NCBI GenBank assembly: GCA_030650275.1
Contig: JAUSEK010000019.1
Span: 144-64,143, forward strand
Reading direction: 5' to 3'
Length of the DNA stretch: 64,000 nucleotides
Origin: Candidatus Omnitrophota bacterium
Lineage (GTDB): Bacteria; Omnitrophota; Gorgyraeia; Zapsychrales; Fredricksoniimonadaceae
The translations under genes and the position numbers were made by a program. The stretch's first letter is position 1, and each line of letters begins with the position of its first letter. The notes under the pieces were generated by a model. The model worked only from the letters and a program-made list of their open reading frames with translations. It was not told the DNA's origin and did no database searches. This document shows, one piece after another, positions 30,689 through 39,448 of this stretch.

Positions 30689-31441
30689 ATGTTGGAAATT
30701 AAGGATTTACACGCAGGCATAGAAGGCAAAGAGATCCTGGCAGGGGTCAACCTTAAGGTCAATGCCGGCGAGGTGCACGCCATCATGGGCCCCAACGGGT
30801 CGGGCAAAAGCACCTTGTCCAAGGTGTTGGCCGGCCATCCGCAGTATCAGGTGACGTCGGGGACCATCACGTATGAGGTCAATTTCAAGAAGATCAATTT
30901 GACCGAACTTGAGCCGGACCAGCGCGCGCTGGAAGGCATATTTCTGGCTTTTCAGTATCCTGTGGAGATCCCTGGCGTGCCGACATCGGTGTTTTTAAGG
31001 GCCGCGTTCAATGCCATTTGCCGCCATCAGGGCGCCAATGAAATGGACCCCATTGATTTTGACAAATATTTGCGCGAAAAAATGAAACTCCTGCACATGG
31101 ATGAGCAGTACATTGACCGTCCGGTGAACGTGGATTTTTCCGGCGGGGAGAAAAAGCGCAATGAGATCCTGCAGATGGCGGTCCTGAATCCGCGTCTGGC
31201 TGTTCTGGACGAGACCGATTCGGGGCTGGACATTGATTCCATGAAGATCGTGGCGGACGGCGTCAATAAATTGCAGCGCAAGGACAATGCCATTGTCCTC
31301 ATCACCCATTATCAGCGGCTTTTGAATTACATACAGCCCGATTTTGTCCACATCATGATCGATGGAAAGATCGTCAGGTCCGAGGGCAAGGAACTGGCCC
31401 TGGAAGTGGAAAGCCGCGGCTATGACTGGTTGGTTAAATAA
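30689..31441 (+). CDS. sufC: Fe-S assembly ATPase SufC
   Basis: GPNGSGKST, FQYPVEIPGV, FSGGEKKRNE, LDETDSGLD. Confidence 0.96.
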   Translation: MLEIKDLHAGIEGKEILAGVNLKVNAGEVHAIMGPNGSGKSTLSKVLAGHPQYQVTSGTITYEVNFKKINLTELEPDQRALEGIFLAFQYPVEIPGVPTSVFLRAAFNAICRHQGANEMDPIDFDKYLREKMKLLHMDEQYIDRPVNVDFSGGEKKRNEILQMAVLNPRLAVLDETDSGLDIDSMKIVADGVNKLQRKDNAIVLITHYQRLLNYIQPDFVHIMIDGKIVRSEGKELALEVESRGYDWLVK

Positions 31442-31443
31442 AT

Positions 31444-32763
31444 ATGATGACTCAAGAACGGCGATATCCTTTGCGCATTGATGGCCTGGACGAATACCAG
31501 GAAAAGCTGATCGATGCTTCCCCGGCATGGCTCAAAGCCCTGCGCCGTCGGAGTGTGGCCCTTTTTACCGAAGCAGGCCTGCCCACGGTCAAGGAGGAGG
31601 AATGGAAGTATACGCCTCTGGTGGATGTTTTTAACCGTCATTTGCGCGTGGCTGTTGACCCTGTGTCCGTGGATGAGGCGAAGTTGCACGTTTATCAGGA
31701 TGAAGGCGATATCCACGTTGTTTTGGTCAATGGGGTCTTCAACGCCCAACTCTCCGGATTAGACCGCCTGCCTAAGGGGCTGTCCATTTTGTCTTTCCAT
31801 GAAGCCGCCGGCCGTCACTCGCAAGAAATGGAACTGCTCACCGCGCGGCTGACACCCAATGACTCCAAGGCCTTTGTTTCTTTGAACCACGCGCTTTTTA
31901 CTGACGGTGTTTTTGTGCGTGTTGAGGAGAATGCCGTCATTGAACCGCTCATCCATATCATCCACGCGACGGCCTGCGATGAGCCGGATGTCATGGTTTT
32001 TCCGCGCTGCATGGTCATCGTGGGCAAGAACGCGCAGGCCTCCATCATGGAAAGCCACGTTTCCCTGGACGCGGAAGTGTATGTCAGTGACGCGCTCACC
32101 GATATCCGCATCGGCGAGGGGGCCGTTGTCCACTATTGCAAGGCCGAAGCCGAAAATGCCGGCTCTGTCCATATCGCCGCGACCCGCATCTGGCAGGAGG
32201 GCGCCAGCACCCTGGAATCGTTTGCCTTTGCCCACGGGGCGCTGTTGACGCGCAACAATCTTTCCATCCTGCTTAAAGGCGAGGGGGCCAACACCGTGAT
32301 GAACGGATTTTACGCCATTGACGGTCAACAGCACGTGGACAATCACACGTTTTTGGACATCCAGCATCCTAATTGCACCACTTTTCAATTCTATAAAGGG
32401 CTTCTCAATGGCGCCGGCCACGCGGTGTTCAACGGCAAGATCTATGTGCATCCCGAAGCGCAGAAGACCAACGCGTATCAGTTGAACAAACATTTGTTGT
32501 TAGGGGCCGAGGCGCGGGTGGACACCAAACCCCAACTGGAGATCTTTGCCGACGACGTCAAATGCACCCACGGCGCCACCATCGGCCAGTTGAGCGAGGA
32601 CGAGGTCTTTTATCTGCAAAGCCGCTGTATCAACCGGACCAAGGCGGTGCAGTTATTGTCCAAAGGGTTCATGGACGATATCATCAATACGGTCAAGTCC
32701 TTGCCCATCCGCCGCAAACTGAATAAACTTTTGTCCGTCAAATTTCCGGAAGTTAAACTTTAG
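31444..32763 (+). CDS. sufD: Fe-S assembly protein SufD
   Basis: EEWKYT, VFNGKI.V...AQKT.A.Q, KPQLEIFADDVKCTHGAT. Confidence 0.95.
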   Translation: MMTQERRYPLRIDGLDEYQEKLIDASPAWLKALRRRSVALFTEAGLPTVKEEEWKYTPLVDVFNRHLRVAVDPVSVDEAKLHVYQDEGDIHVVLVNGVFNAQLSGLDRLPKGLSILSFHEAAGRHSQEMELLTARLTPNDSKAFVSLNHALFTDGVFVRVEENAVIEPLIHIIHATACDEPDVMVFPRCMVIVGKNAQASIMESHVSLDAEVYVSDALTDIRIGEGAVVHYCKAEAENAGSVHIAATRIWQEGASTLESFAFAHGALLTRNNLSILLKGEGANTVMNGFYAIDGQQHVDNHTFLDIQHPNCTTFQFYKGLLNGAGHAVFNGKIYVHPEAQKTNAYQLNKHLLLGAEARVDTKPQLEIFADDVKCTHGATIGQLSEDEVFYLQSRCINRTKAVQLLSKGFMDDIINTVKSLPIRRKLNKLLSVKFPEVKL

Positions 32764-32776
32764 AAGGGTCAAGACC

Positions 32777-34003
32777 ATGTCTGCCCTCGATGTTAAAAAG
32801 ATCCGCTCGGACTTCCCTAACCTGCACATTCAGGTGCACGGCAAGCCGCTGGTATATCTGGACAATGCGGCCACCACGTTCAAACCCCATTGTGTGATAG
32901 AGGCCATGGATGCCTATTACTCGCAAGGCACGTCCAACGTGCATCGCGGCGTGCATTATTTGAGCGAGCACGCCACCCAGGCGTTTGAAGAGGCCCGCAA
33001 GACCGTGGCGGAATTCCTGAATGCCGCCAAGCCGCAGGAGATCATTTTTACCCGCGGGGCCACGGAATCCATCAACCTTGTGGCCCAGAGTTATGGCCGC
33101 GCGTTTCTTAAACCCGGCGATGAAATTCTCATTTCCCACATGGAGCATCATTCCAATATCGTGCCCTGGCAGATCTTGTGCCAGCAAACAGGATGCGTGT
33201 TAAAGGTCGCACCCATCAACCGTCAGGGAGAGATCATTTGGGAAGAATTTTTGCGTTTGCTTGGGCCCAAGACAAAGATCGTTTCCGTCGTATGGGTGTC
33301 CAACTCTTTGGGCACGGTCAATCCCGTTGAAAATATCATTAAAGAAGCGCATCAACGCGGGGCTGTGGTGCTGGTTGACGGCGCGCAGGCGGTCACGCAT
33401 GCTCCGGTGGATGTGAAGGCCCTGGATTGCGACTTTTTTGTCTTTTCCGGGCATAAAATTTTTGGGCCCACAGGTGTCGGCGTTCTGTACGGCAAGGAGA
33501 AATTGTTGGACGCCATGCCTCCGTATCAGGGCGGGGGAGACATGATCGCTTCTGTGACTTTCGCCAAAACAACGTATAATGTTCTGCCCTATAAATTTGA
33601 GGCAGGCACGCCTGCCATTGCCGAGGTCATCGGCTTGGGCGAAGCCCTGCGTTACGTGCAAAGCATCGGTTTTGCGGACATGGCCGCGCAGAAAAAAGAA
33701 TTGCTGGAATACGGCACGCAGGTACTTTCCGCCATCCCCGGTGTGACCCTCATCGGCACGGCCAAGGAAAAGACATCCATCATCTCTTTTATCGTGGAGG
33801 GCATACACCCGCATGACCTGGGGACCCTCGTGGACGAAGAGGGTGTGGCCATACGCACCGGGCATCATTGCACCCAGCCGGTGATGGATTTCTTCGGTGT
33901 GCCCGCGACCGCCCGCGCGTCCATGGCTTTCTATAACACCAAAGAAGAATTAGACGTTTTGGCCAAGGCCATCCATAAAGCGAAAGAAGTTTTCCATGCG
34001 TGA
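32777..34003 (+). CDS. sufS: Cysteine desulfurase SufS
   Basis: YLDNAATT.KP, MEHHSNIVPW, SGHK, RTGHHC. Confidence 0.96.
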   Translation: MSALDVKKIRSDFPNLHIQVHGKPLVYLDNAATTFKPHCVIEAMDAYYSQGTSNVHRGVHYLSEHATQAFEEARKTVAEFLNAAKPQEIIFTRGATESINLVAQSYGRAFLKPGDEILISHMEHHSNIVPWQILCQQTGCVLKVAPINRQGEIIWEEFLRLLGPKTKIVSVVWVSNSLGTVNPVENIIKEAHQRGAVVLVDGAQAVTHAPVDVKALDCDFFVFSGHKIFGPTGVGVLYGKEKLLDAMPPYQGGGDMIASVTFAKTTYNVLPYKFEAGTPAIAEVIGLGEALRYVQSIGFADMAAQKKELLEYGTQVLSAIPGVTLIGTAKEKTSIISFIVEGIHPHDLGTLVDEEGVAIRTGHHCTQPVMDFFGVPATARASMAFYNTKEELDVLAKAIHKAKEVFHA

Positions 34004-34439
34004 CGAACTCTACCAACAGACAATCATTGAACACAACCGTCACCCGCGCAATTTCCGCAAGATCGCGGGCGCGACCCACGCGGCCGAGGGCTACAATCCT
34101 TTGTGCGGGGACCATTTGTGGGTCTATATGAACGTTGCTGACGGCATCATCAAGGACGCGGCGTTCGAGGGCTCCGGGTGCGCCATTTCCAAGGCCTCAT
34201 CATCCATGATGACAGAGGCCTTAAAAGGCAAGACCATTGCCCAAGCCAAGGCCTTGTTTGACGAATTCCATCGCTTAGTCATCGGTGAATTGAAGCCCGA
34301 CGGCAAGACCGATCATCTGGACAAACTTGCTGTTTTTTCCGGCATCTGGCAATACCCCTCGCGCGTCAAATGCGCGTCGCTGTCCTGGCACACCATGAAT
34401 GGCTCGCTGGACAAGGTTAAAACCATTTCAACCGAGTGA
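33996..34439 (+). CDS. sufU: SUF NifU-family protein SufU
   Basis: NPLCGD, G.GCAISKAS, RVKCA. Confidence 0.94.
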   Translation: MRDELYQQTIIEHNRHPRNFRKIAGATHAAEGYNPLCGDHLWVYMNVADGIIKDAAFEGSGCAISKASSSMMTEALKGKTIAQAKALFDEFHRLVIGELKPDGKTDHLDKLAVFSGIWQYPSRVKCASLSWHTMNGSLDKVKTISTE

Positions 34440-34477
34440 ATTATGGGGACATGTACTTGTTACGTGTCCCCATAATT
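34439..34477. repeat. GGGGAC-family inverted repeat (possible terminator of the suf operon)
   Basis: AATTATGGGGACA...TGTCCCCATAATT; arm matches ATTATGGGGACA at 9215. Confidence 0.7.
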
Positions 34478-34488
34478 CCTAAAAGGAT

Positions 34489-34523
34489 TGTCATTCCCGA
34501 ATGCTTTTGTCGGGAATCCAGAC
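34489..34523. repeat. REP (TGTCATTCCCG family)
   Basis: TGTCATTCCCGAATGCTTTTGTCGGGAATCCAGAC; one mismatch to 21811-21845. Confidence 0.85.
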
Positions 34524-34526
34524 ACT

Positions 34527-35543
34527 ATGTCCACACTCGATCAACTTAATCGCCCACTAAGAGACCTGCGCATCTCCGTCATTGACCGCTGCAATTTTCG
34601 CTGTCCGTACTGCATGCCCGCGGAACAGTTCCACCGCACCTACGAATTTCTGAACAAAAACGAATGGCTGTCCTTTGATGAAATTGATCGGCTGGCGCGC
34701 GTTTTTGTTTCTTTAGGCGTCAAAAAACTGCGCCTCACCGGCGGCGAGCCCTTGTTGCGGCCCAACATTGACGAACTGGTCCGCAAATTATCCACCATTG
34801 AAGGGGTAGAAGACCTGGCCCTGACCACCAACGGTTCCATGCTGGCCGAATGGGCAGGGCGCTTAAAAGCCGCGGGCCTCAAACGCCTGACCGTGAGTTT
34901 GGATACCTTGGACCCGGACGTCTTTAAGCAAATGAACGGCAATCGGGGCAAGGTGGAGGATGTGCTGGACGGCATCAAAGCCGCCGAGGCGGCCGGTTTT
35001 AAACGCATCAAATTCAATGTCGTCATCCAACGCGGGGTCAATGACCATACCATTCTGGACCTGGTGCGGCATTTCCGCGGCACCGGCCACGTCCTGCGTT
35101 TCATTGAATACATGGACGTGGGCAATCAAAACCGCTGGGAATACAAGTATGTGGTGCCTTCGTCCGAAATTGTCCAAATGATCCAGGACGTCTATCCTTT
35201 GGAACGCTTTGACGGCACCCAGGACGGGGAAACCTCCGAGCGCTACCGTTTCAAGGACGGGCAGGGGGAGATCGGGTTTGTTTCCTCGGTCAGCCACGCT
35301 TTTTGCGGCACCTGTAACCGCCTGCGCCTCTCCGCCGACGGCAAAATGTACACCTGCCTTTTTGCCACCCACGGCACCGACCTGCTGGCGAACCTGCGCA
35401 ACGGCGCCGACGATGCCTTCCTGGCCCATCTCATCCGCGTCACCTGGATGAAGCGCGAAGACCGTTATTCCGAACTGCGGTCCGAACATCGCCAATCTAA
35501 TAGGAATATTCCTAAGGTTGAGATGTATCATATAGGTGGATGA
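34527..35543 (+). CDS. moaA: GTP 3',8-cyclase MoaA
   Basis: LRISVIDRCNFRCPYCMP, FC..CNRLRL..DG....CLF, C-terminal IGG. Confidence 0.96.
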   Translation: MSTLDQLNRPLRDLRISVIDRCNFRCPYCMPAEQFHRTYEFLNKNEWLSFDEIDRLARVFVSLGVKKLRLTGGEPLLRPNIDELVRKLSTIEGVEDLALTTNGSMLAEWAGRLKAAGLKRLTVSLDTLDPDVFKQMNGNRGKVEDVLDGIKAAEAAGFKRIKFNVVIQRGVNDHTILDLVRHFRGTGHVLRFIEYMDVGNQNRWEYKYVVPSSEIVQMIQDVYPLERFDGTQDGETSERYRFKDGQGEIGFVSSVSHAFCGTCNRLRLSADGKMYTCLFATHGTDLLANLRNGADDAFLAHLIRVTWMKREDRYSELRSEHRQSNRNIPKVEMYHIGG

Positions 35544-35549
35544 TGAGAA

Positions 35550-36605
35550 ATGAATAATTGGCCAATACCAGAGTTTACAAAAAGCCAAGTCAGTAAGGCC
35601 GGGGAAACATTAATTAACCCTACCTCTCCATTACAACAGGTAATGGCATTTCGAATACTCAATAATTGGCGTTCTTGTCACGGGTATCCAATTAATACTT
35701 TTCAATCTACTTTAAGGAAGAAGCTTGTTGCGATTGGAGTTCCTAAAGCTATCGTCGCGCAACGTTTAAAAAGAACACCTTCAATTATTAGAAAATTGAA
35801 AAGATTTAAGCATATGCAGCTTTCAAGAATGCAAGATATTGGAGGACTAAGAGCAGTGGTTAGGAATTTAGAGCAACTTCGTGCTTTGGAGAGTAATTAT
35901 GCTAAAAGCCGATTTGAGCATTTTTTTGTAAGTAAAGATGATTATATTCTCTCCCCCAAGAAATCAGGGTATCGGGGGGTTCATATTATTTATAAATATC
36001 GTAATAAAAAAGTGCCTGTATACGATGGTTTATTGCTCGAACTTCAAATTAGAACTGATTTACAACACGCCTGGGCAACAGCGGTAGAGACAATTGATAC
36101 ATTTTTAGAATTTTCATTAAAAGCAAGCGAAGGACCAAGAAGATGGCTTAAGTTTTTTGCTTTAGTAGGATCAGCATTTGCGCATTTAGAAGAAACAACA
36201 CCAGTTCCTGAGTATGGGCATTTATCAAAACGTGAAACATTTCTGGAGGTTGTACAGGCGGCTAAAGGGCTTGGTGTACGTCATAAATTAAGTGCTTTCT
36301 CTATTGTTGCAAATCATATTTTGACTGATGAGAAAACCAGTAGCTACCATTATCATTTAATCGAATTAAATCCTGCTGAGAAAACTGTTAGCCTTCGATC
36401 ATTTGGGCGGGATCAGGTTGAGTTAGCTAATGAGGAATATTCCAAGAAAGAGCAGCGTATTTTAAAAGGTGAAAAGTTGCAAATTGTTCTTGTTTCAGCG
36501 GGAAATATTGAAACATTAAAGCGGGCCTATCCTAATTATTTCTTGGATACCAAGAATTTTGTTCAAAGGTTAGATGAAATTGAGACATTAGTTGGAAAAC
36601 TATAA
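35550..36605 (+). CDS. CapRel-like fused toxSAS (RelA/SpoT synthetase + C-terminal antitoxin/sensor)
   Basis: AQRLKR..SI..KL, MQDIGGLR, PKKSGYRGVH, ELQIRT.LQHAWATAVE; C-terminal AYPNYF (YxxY). Confidence 0.8.
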   Translation: MNNWPIPEFTKSQVSKAGETLINPTSPLQQVMAFRILNNWRSCHGYPINTFQSTLRKKLVAIGVPKAIVAQRLKRTPSIIRKLKRFKHMQLSRMQDIGGLRAVVRNLEQLRALESNYAKSRFEHFFVSKDDYILSPKKSGYRGVHIIYKYRNKKVPVYDGLLLELQIRTDLQHAWATAVETIDTFLEFSLKASEGPRRWLKFFALVGSAFAHLEETTPVPEYGHLSKRETFLEVVQAAKGLGVRHKLSAFSIVANHILTDEKTSSYHYHLIELNPAEKTVSLRSFGRDQVELANEEYSKKEQRILKGEKLQIVLVSAGNIETLKRAYPNYFLDTKNFVQRLDEIETLVGKL

Positions 36606-36660
36606 GAAATAGTAATTCTGATCAATAATGCCCAGCGGATTTGTTAAGGGAGAAAGCATA

Positions 36661-38235
36661 ATGACTGAAAAACAAAGAAAGAAGAACATTAAAAGTATTG
36701 AAGAAACCTTGTGGGATTCGGCAAATAAGCTCCGTGGTTCGGTTGAGCCATCAGAATACAAGCATGTGGTGCTGGGACTGATATTCCTGAAGTTTGCCAG
36801 CGACAAGTTTGAGGAACGCAAGCAGGAATTGATTGCCGAGGGCAAAAAGAAGTATTTAGACATGGTGGAGTTTTACACCAGCAAGAATGTGTTCTATCTA
36901 GCTGAAATCTCACGCTGGAGTTATTTGATCGGAAATGCCAAGCAAGACGACATTGCCATAAAGATTGATACAGCCCTTTTTACCGTTGAGAAGAACAACC
37001 CTGCTCTCAAAGGCGCTTTGCCTGACAATTATTATTCACGAATGAATCTGGATGGAAGCAAGCTGGCGGCTTTGCTCGACACCATCAACAATATTAACAC
37101 CCTTAAAGACAAGCAGCAGGACATTGTAGGCAGGGTGTATGAATACTTCTTGAGTAAGTTCGCCATTGCAGAAGGAAAAGGCAAAGGAGAATTCTACACT
37201 CCCAAGAGTATTGTAAACCTGATTGCAGAGATGATTGAGCCTTACAAAGGGAAGATTTATGACCCTTGTTGCGGTTCGGGCGGCATGTTTGTGCAGAGCA
37301 TGAAGTTTATTGAAAGCCATCACGGAAATAAAAAAGACATTTCCATCTACGGGCAGGAAGCAATTACCACTACTTACAAGTTGGCAAAAATGAATTTAGC
37401 CATTCGGGGCATCAGTGCCAACCTAGGCGATGTGGCAGAGAATACTTTCTTTCGTGATCAGCACAAAGATCTGAAAGCCGATTACATCATGGCTAACCCA
37501 CCTTTCAATCAAAGCCAGTGGCGGGCAGACAACGAACTTACTAACGATCCGCGATGGGCTGGCTACGATGTTCCGCCAACAAGCAATGCTAACTATGCGT
37601 GGATTCTAAACATGGTGAGTAAACTATCTGAAAACGGTGCGGCTGGTTTTGTTTTGGCGAATGGTGCATTGAGTGCCGACGGAACGGAGAAAGCTATTCG
37701 CAGAAAATTGATCGAGAATAATTTGGTGGAAGCAATCATGGTTTTACCTAAAGGCATGTTTTATACAACACCAATTAGCGTTACACTTTGGTTTATGAAT
37801 AGAAATAAAAAAGCAAGAACTATTGAACTAAATGGTGAAATTAAGAAATATCGCAACCGAGAGAGAGAAATCTTATTTTTTGATTTAAGAAAGGTGGGGG
37901 AACCTTTTGAAAAGAAATTCGTGCAGTTTTCAGAAACCGCTATTAAGCAAATAACCGATACCTTTCATAATTGGCAACAGGCTGGTTTTGAGAAAACATA
38001 TCAGAATACGCCAGAGTTTTGCCGCAGCGTATCATTTGAGGAAATAGAGAAGAAAGATTTCTCACTGGTACCAAGCAAGTATATTGAGTTTGTAAATCGT
38101 GATGAGAATATTGACTTTGACGATAAGATGCAGAGTTTACAAACGGAATTTGCCAACCTGCTGAAAATCGAAGAAGAGTCGAAGAAAGATCTATTAATCG
38201 TTTTTAAAGAATTGGGCTATGAAATTAAATTATAA
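36661..38235 (+). CDS. hsdM: Type I R-M N6-adenine methyltransferase
   Basis: GEFYTP, YDPCCGSGG, ANPPFN. Confidence 0.95.
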   Translation: MTEKQRKKNIKSIEETLWDSANKLRGSVEPSEYKHVVLGLIFLKFASDKFEERKQELIAEGKKKYLDMVEFYTSKNVFYLAEISRWSYLIGNAKQDDIAIKIDTALFTVEKNNPALKGALPDNYYSRMNLDGSKLAALLDTINNINTLKDKQQDIVGRVYEYFLSKFAIAEGKGKGEFYTPKSIVNLIAEMIEPYKGKIYDPCCGSGGMFVQSMKFIESHHGNKKDISIYGQEAITTTYKLAKMNLAIRGISANLGDVAENTFFRDQHKDLKADYIMANPPFNQSQWRADNELTNDPRWAGYDVPPTSNANYAWILNMVSKLSENGAAGFVLANGALSADGTEKAIRRKLIENNLVEAIMVLPKGMFYTTPISVTLWFMNRNKKARTIELNGEIKKYRNREREILFFDLRKVGEPFEKKFVQFSETAIKQITDTFHNWQQAGFEKTYQNTPEFCRSVSFEEIEKKDFSLVPSKYIEFVNRDENIDFDDKMQSLQTEFANLLKIEEESKKDLLIVFKELGYEIKL

Positions 38236-39445
38236 CAAACTTGGTCAGTATATTAAGGAAGTAAATGAAAGAAATAGTGATTTGGCTATTACCAAACTTA
38301 TTGGCGTAAGTATGGAGAAAACATTTATTTCTTCCGTTGCTAATATTGTTGATACAGATATGTCCGTTTATAAGATTCTAAAGAAAGGACAACTTGCTTG
38401 TAAGTTGATGAGTGTAGGAAGAGATGAAAAGCTTCCTGTGGATTTATATAAAAATGATGAACCTGCCATCGTTTCGTCTGCTTATTATGTTTTTGAACCA
38501 ATAGACAACAAGATTCTATTGTCAGAATATTTATTTATGTGGTTATGCCGTCCGGAGAATGATAGATACATTGGTTTTATAAGTGGTGGAGATGTCAGAG
38601 GAGGCATATCATGGGAAACATTTTGTGATATTCCTATTAAAGTTCCCCACCCTGCAAAACAAAAAGAAATTGTAAAAGAATACAACGCCATTGTAAAACG
38701 CATAGCTTTCAACAGTCAGTTTATTCAGAAATTAGAAGAAACAGCACAGGCAATTTACAAGCAATGGTTTGTTGATTTTGAATTTCCTAATGAGAGTAGA
38801 AAGCCCTACAGATCCAATAATGGTGAAATGGAATTTAATGAAAAATTAGAAAGAGAAATCCCAAAGGGGTGGAAAGTTGATGTAATTTCAAAGCTAGTAA
38901 CGGTAAAAGATGGCACACATGATTCACCCGAACCTACAGAGGTTGGTCATCCCTTGGTTACTTCAACGCACTTGAATCTATACGACCTTTCTTTGAATGA
39001 AACCTATAATATTAGCGCAGAAGATTTCAATCAAGCTAATAAACGGAGCAAAGTTGATAAGCACGACATTCTTTTTAGTATGATTGGCACGATTGGTTTA
39101 GTTAATTATGTTTTATATGACAATATAAATTTTGCAATTAAAAATGTGGGGCTTTTTAAGACATCTGAGAGAAAAGAAGTCGCAGAATACATTCTTTATT
39201 TCTTAAAGAGTGACTATTTGAAGTTACACATTCAATCAAGTTTATTAGGAAGCACTCAAAACTATGTAACATTAGACTTTTTAAGGACAATTCCTATTTT
39301 GATTCCTTCCAATAATATTTTTATACAATTTGAAGAATGTGCTGGGAAGATTGTTAATAATATTTATTTAAAAGTAAAAGAAAACAATGCTCTTAAAACA
39401 GTAAAGAATTTATTGCTTTCAAAACTTGCGACTATAGAGAATTAA
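38219..39445 (+). CDS. hsdS: Type I R-M specificity subunit
   Basis: Two TRDs with LEE.AQAIYK.WFVDF and IPKGW conserved regions; between hsdM and hsdR. Confidence 0.92.
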   Translation: MKLNYNKLGQYIKEVNERNSDLAITKLIGVSMEKTFISSVANIVDTDMSVYKILKKGQLACKLMSVGRDEKLPVDLYKNDEPAIVSSAYYVFEPIDNKILLSEYLFMWLCRPENDRYIGFISGGDVRGGISWETFCDIPIKVPHPAKQKEIVKEYNAIVKRIAFNSQFIQKLEETAQAIYKQWFVDFEFPNESRKPYRSNNGEMEFNEKLEREIPKGWKVDVISKLVTVKDGTHDSPEPTEVGHPLVTSTHLNLYDLSLNETYNISAEDFNQANKRSKVDKHDILFSMIGTIGLVNYVLYDNINFAIKNVGLFKTSERKEVAEYILYFLKSDYLKLHIQSSLLGSTQNYVTLDFLRTIPILIPSNNIFIQFEECAGKIVNNIYLKVKENNALKTVKNLLLSKLATIEN

Positions 39446-39448
39446 AAA

